From assembly GCA_964344415.1 (NCBI GenBank), contig CAYFMS010000001.1, positions 10,126 through 74,125 on the forward strand: a stretch of 64,000 nucleotides of DNA, read 5' to 3'. The notes beneath the pieces were generated by a model. That model saw only the letters and a program-made list of their open reading frames with translations. It was not told the DNA's origin and did not search any database. Below, in pieces: positions 60,053 to 64,000 of the stretch (its first letter is position 1; each line of letters opens with the position of its first letter). Source of the DNA: an uncultured Gammaproteobacteria bacterium. GTDB lineage: Bacteria > Patescibacteriota > Patescibacteriia > UBA9934. Both the position numbers and the translations under genes were made by a program.

Positions 60053-60802
60053 TTAACCCATGATTCGTTCAGCGCGCTTTAATTCCTCCGGAGTATTAAT
60101 ACCCATCACTTCAAATGGATTATCTACCGTAGCTGTAACAATTTCTTCGCCCTCATCGATTGCCATTTCCATGAGTTCTGTCAGATAGTACTCTCCGCTC
60201 GCATTTTCATTACCAAGTTCGGAGAGATGGCTCCAGAGCCACTCTGTATTAAACATGTAAATTCCAGGATTCACTTCTGTGATCTTGCGTTCTTCTTCAG
60301 ATGCTTCCTTATACTCTCTTGTCGCCTTAACAGAGCCAACACTGTCTCTAATAATGCGTCCCCAATGTAAGAAATTCTCATAATCGCCATCAAAATTTGG
60401 AAGCTTCGCCGTTAACATTGAAATAACAGCTTCATTTTCCGCATGTAGACTTTGTAATTTACTCAAAACTTCAGCCGATATAAATGGATGATCACCATAA
60501 AGGACAATAACTGATTCAGCGCCATTTGCAGCTGCCTCGGCAGACATGACCGCATGTCCAGTTCCAAGCTGTTCTTCTTGAACCGTATATTCGCATCCTT
60601 TATGCGAACAGAGATTGTCATATGTCTCCACATGTTCGGGAGCGACAACTAAAATAGGCTTGTCATCGATTTCTGATTCATGAATTGAATCAAGTAAATG
60701 AACAATCATCGGTCGTCCGGAGACCTCGACAAGTGGCTTTGGAACATCAGCATTCATGCGTGTACCCTTTCCCGCTGCAAGAACAATAACTCGTGTATTC
60801 AT
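60053..60802 (-). CDS. Sugar-phosphate nucleotidyltransferase (GlmU N-terminal-like / MobA-like NTP transferase)
   Basis: VIVLAAGKGTRM N-terminal motif, 249 aa with no acetyltransferase domain. Confidence 0.7.
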   Translation of the reverse strand: MNTRVIVLAAGKGTRMNADVPKPLVEVSGRPMIVHLLDSIHESEIDDKPILVVAPEHVETYDNLCSHKGCEYTVQEEQLGTGHAVMSAEAAANGAESVIVLYGDHPFISAEVLSKLQSLHAENEAVISMLTAKLPNFDGDYENFLHWGRIIRDSVGSVKATREYKEASEEERKITEVNPGIYMFNTEWLWSHLSELGNENASGEYYLTELMEMAIDEGEEIVTATVDNPFEVMGINTPEELKRAERIMG

Positions 60803-60865
60803 AGGCTATTTCTTGCAAAACAGTAGCGTATTTACCCTTTTTGGTCAATCAAAAAATCAGCAATG

Positions 60866-60975
60866 TTCCGGCGCCCACCTACTCTCGCCATTCTTGACTA
60901 CCATCGGCCCTTAAGGCTTAACTGCCGTGTTCGGGATGGGAACGGGTGTGACCCTCAAGGAAATGGCACCGAAAC
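60866..60975 (-). rRNA. rrf: 5S rRNA
   Basis: Minus strand GGTCACACCCGTTCCCATCCCGAACACGGCAGTTAAGCC...GCCGATGGTAGT core of 5S. Confidence 0.85.
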
Positions 60976-61169
60976 ATTACTGACTTTTTTCTGATCTACT
61001 AAATATCAATTATACGAGGCAAATATTCCTCTTCTCATTTATCGAGAAAAGTGAGTGGAGAGCTGGACAATTAGTACTACTCAGCTGAACACGTTACCGT
61101 GCTTACACTTGTAGCCTATCAACCAGATAGTCTCTCTGGAGTCTCATAACGAAGATTAATCTTGGAATC

Positions 61170-61202
<33 letters not shown>

Positions 61203-61325
61203 GAACCGAATGTCGCTACCCAGCAATGCCCTTGGCAGGACAACTGGTACACGAGAGATTCGTTCACCCCGGTCCTCTCGTACTAGGGGCGAGTTTCCTC
61301 AATCTTCAACGCGCGCAGCGGATAG

Positions 61326-61444
<119 letters not shown>

Positions 61445-61983
61445 GAACCTCCCCGTCGCTGTGGACGCTTGGGGGAGACCAGCCTGTTATCCCCGGAGTA
61501 GCTTTTATCCGTTGAGCTTCCGCCGTCCTATATCGAACGGTCGGATCACTAGCTTCTGCTTTCGCAACTGCTCGACATGTCAGTCTTGCAGTAAAGCTGG
61601 CTTATGCGCTTGCACGTCCAGCCCGATTTCCATCCGGGCTAAGCCAACCTTTGTAAACGCCTCCGTTACTTTTTGGGAGGCTACCGCCCCAGTCAAACTA
61701 CCCATCAGATACTGTTCCCGCTGCCGGATTCACGGCTGCAGGTTAGGATTCACATAGTACAAGGGTGGTATCTCACTGATGCCAAGGCTCCCACCTATAC
61801 TGAACATGTAAAACATGAACCCAATATCAAACTGTAGTAAAGCTTCACGGGGTCTTTTCGTCCGGCTGCGCGTAATGAGCATCTTCACTCATATCGCAAT
61901 TTCGCCGAGTACATCGTTGGGACAGTTTGGAAATCGTTATGCCATTCGTGCAGGTCGGAACTCACCCGACAAGGAATTTCGCT

Positions 61984-62710
61984 CATTCTGTTACTTTGTT
62001 ACCTTATTGAGCTGGTAACGGACCAAGCTGAGCTTGGCGGTTCGTCGCGAAACGAACTCTACATGTCGCCATGCAGGTCGGACTATATCTTCATCATAAT
62101 GATGTTTGGCATATAGTCTCTGAGGATTCCAGAAATCTAGATGGAACTTTACGATTCATTCTTTGGATGATTTTCGCGATTTTTATCATTCCAGTCTTTT
62201 CAAGATGCATTCCTTCTTCCATTAAATGGAGGATAGAAACAAAGTTCTCGTAATCAGCTTTTTTGGCTGTCTTTAGAGAATATCTTTCAAAAAAGGGTAT
62301 GATTTTCTGAATAAGATCTTTTCGAGATCTTACACAGTATCGCAACAAATTTTCCTTATGATTATCACGACGGCGATTTTGATAAATCGATCCACACTTG
62401 AAATAATCCTTGATTATTTCGAGTGATTCACGACTCTTTTCACCTTGCGTGACAACAAATTCAGGAAAAATTTGCCATCCGGAACTCGTCGTTTTATTGC
62501 GGATAATACTGACCGAGAAGCAACCTTCTCCGTCAACGAATCCACAAATCCATCCAGCTAATTCTGGCCTTTCCTGCTGATTGTCTGGCTTCCTTTCGGA
62601 AACACCTCGTGGATTTTTACTGGGCATACTATGTGTATAGTTTACCCTAGTACCCGAGGATACTCCAGATGTTCCAGCATATAGCCAAATTTTACTAAGG
62701 CAGCTATTCC
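61984..62710 (-). mobile_element. Group I intron in 23S rRNA (inserted after ...CCTAAGGT, E. coli ~1917 region) carrying a LAGLIDADG homing endonuclease
   Basis: Exon continuity ...GGTCCTAAGGT | intron | AGCGAAATTCCTTGTCGGGT...; the intron ends in G. Confidence 0.8.
62094..62627 (-). CDS. LAGLIDADG homing endonuclease (intron-encoded)
   Basis: LAGWICGFVDGEGCFSV motif; 177 aa, single-motif (homodimeric) type. Confidence 0.8.
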   Translation of the reverse strand: MPSKNPRGVSERKPDNQQERPELAGWICGFVDGEGCFSVSIIRNKTTSSGWQIFPEFVVTQGEKSRESLEIIKDYFKCGSIYQNRRRDNHKENLLRYCVRSRKDLIQKIIPFFERYSLKTAKKADYENFVSILHLMEEGMHLEKTGMIKIAKIIQRMNRKVPSRFLESSETICQTSL

Positions 62711-64000
62711 ACCTTAGGACCGTTATAGTTACGGCCGGCGTTCATCCGCGCTTCGGTCGCAAGCTTCTCTACCGAAGTAGATAACCCGCTTCCTTAACGT
62801 TCGGACACTGGCCAGGCATCAGCCCCTATACATCACCTTACGGTTTAGCAGGGACCTGTGTTTTTGATAAACAGTCGCTTCCAATCCTTAGCTGTGGGTC
62901 TTCTTCTCCCGAAGAAAACCAGGCCTTATCCCGAAGTTACGGCCGCTGTTTTGCCGAGTTCCCTAACGATGTTTCTCTCGTACGCCTTAGTGCTTTAACA
63001 CCCACCTACCTGTGTTGGATTTGGTACGGGCACATAATATCTAATCTTAGAGGCTTTTCTTGGCCCACTTTCCTTTCCTCTCCCTGCACAAAGTGCAAGT
63101 CGCGCTGACCCAGAGTCTGATGACCGGCGGATTTGCCTACCAGTCGACCCCAAGCCCCCAATGTCATAGCCATAGGACACAGGAAATTCAAGCAAGCGTC
63201 CCCTCATCGAAATATTACGTGGTGCAGGAATATTAACCTGCTGTGCATCGGCTACGCCTTTCGGCCTCGTCTTAGCTCCCGACTAACCCACAGACGATTT
63301 ACGTTGCTGTGGAAACCTTAGGTTTTCGGCGGACAGGGTTCTCACCTGTCTTTTTGCTACTCATGCCAACATTCTCTCTTCCCATCGCTCCACCATGCCT
63401 CACGACATGACTTCAGCGCCATGGAAATGCTCTCCTACCGCCCAAAGATTCCGGAGAATCAATGGACCCATAGCTTCGGTGTACTACTTAGCCCCGGTAC
63501 ATTTTCGGTACAAGAAAACTTGACCAGTGAGCTGTTACGCTTTCTTTAAAGGATGGCTGCTTCCAAGCCAACCTCCTGGTTGTATGAGTCTTCTCACCAC
63601 CTTTTACACTTAGTAGTAACTTTGGGACCTTAGCTTATGATCTGGGCTGTTTCCCTTTCGACTAATGGAGCTTCGCCCCCATAGTCTGACTGCCAGGAAC
63701 ACATTGTAGTATTCGGAGTTTGGCTCGGTAGGCTACCCGAAGGCGCCGAACCGAATCAGTGCTCTACCCCCACAATGCTATTAACTGACGCTATGCCTAA
63801 ACATATCTCGGAGAGAACCAGCTATTACCGAACTCGATTGGAATTTCTCCGCTAACCACAGCTCATCCAAGCGTTTTGCACCACGCGGTGGTTCGGGCCT
63901 CCACATGCTTTTACACATGCTTCACCCTGGCCATGGTTAGGTCGTCCGGTTTCGGGTCCTATATGAGCGACAAACGCCCGTTAAGGCTCGCTTTCACTCT

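Overview
This 64 kb window looks like a low-GC (~42%) Candidate Phyla Radiation / Patescibacteria chromosome segment; that is an inference from the combination of traits below, not a database hit. Those traits are a 23S rRNA interrupted by a group I intron carrying a LAGLIDADG homing endonuclease, a 5S rRNA directly downstream, a split transketolase, a short ProRS, many leaderless genes, and scattered type IV pilus parts.

Core housekeeping genes present: infB, truB, rny, hup, proS, rnc, nusB, rpmF, sod, gyrA, rpsA, ftsH, pilB, tsaD, tsaE, ileS, rpiB, rpe, tkt N and C halves, fba, ruvA, two PfkB kinases, and tRNA-Arg(TCG), tRNA-Lys(CTT), tRNA-Ala(TGC). A cell-envelope glycan locus is also present: three GT4 glycosyltransferases, a DUF4012 protein, a large surface protein and a FemAB-like gene.

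Features not explained by standard annotation:
1. A ~300 nt GC-rich transcript at 11.6-11.96 kb with its own promoter and terminator; I could not assign it to a known RNA class.
2. A GC-rich cassette at 38.8-39.9 kb: consensus promoter, orphan 188 aa ORF, ~370 nt structured non-coding tail, strong terminator.
3. A family of mosaic intergenic repeats in four intergenic regions, including a ~250 bp segment present twice in inverted orientation.
4. A 1.7 kb GC-rich islet beside tRNA-Ala, bounded by 28 bp perfect direct repeats.
5. A nucleotidyltransferase-fold protein followed by a small OB-fold-like ORF, transcribed as a pair.
6. A 19 nt promoter/start module reused verbatim at two leaderless genes.
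7. Several single-gene insertions at ~50% GC.

All calls come from reading the sequence and the six-frame ORF track; no searches were run.
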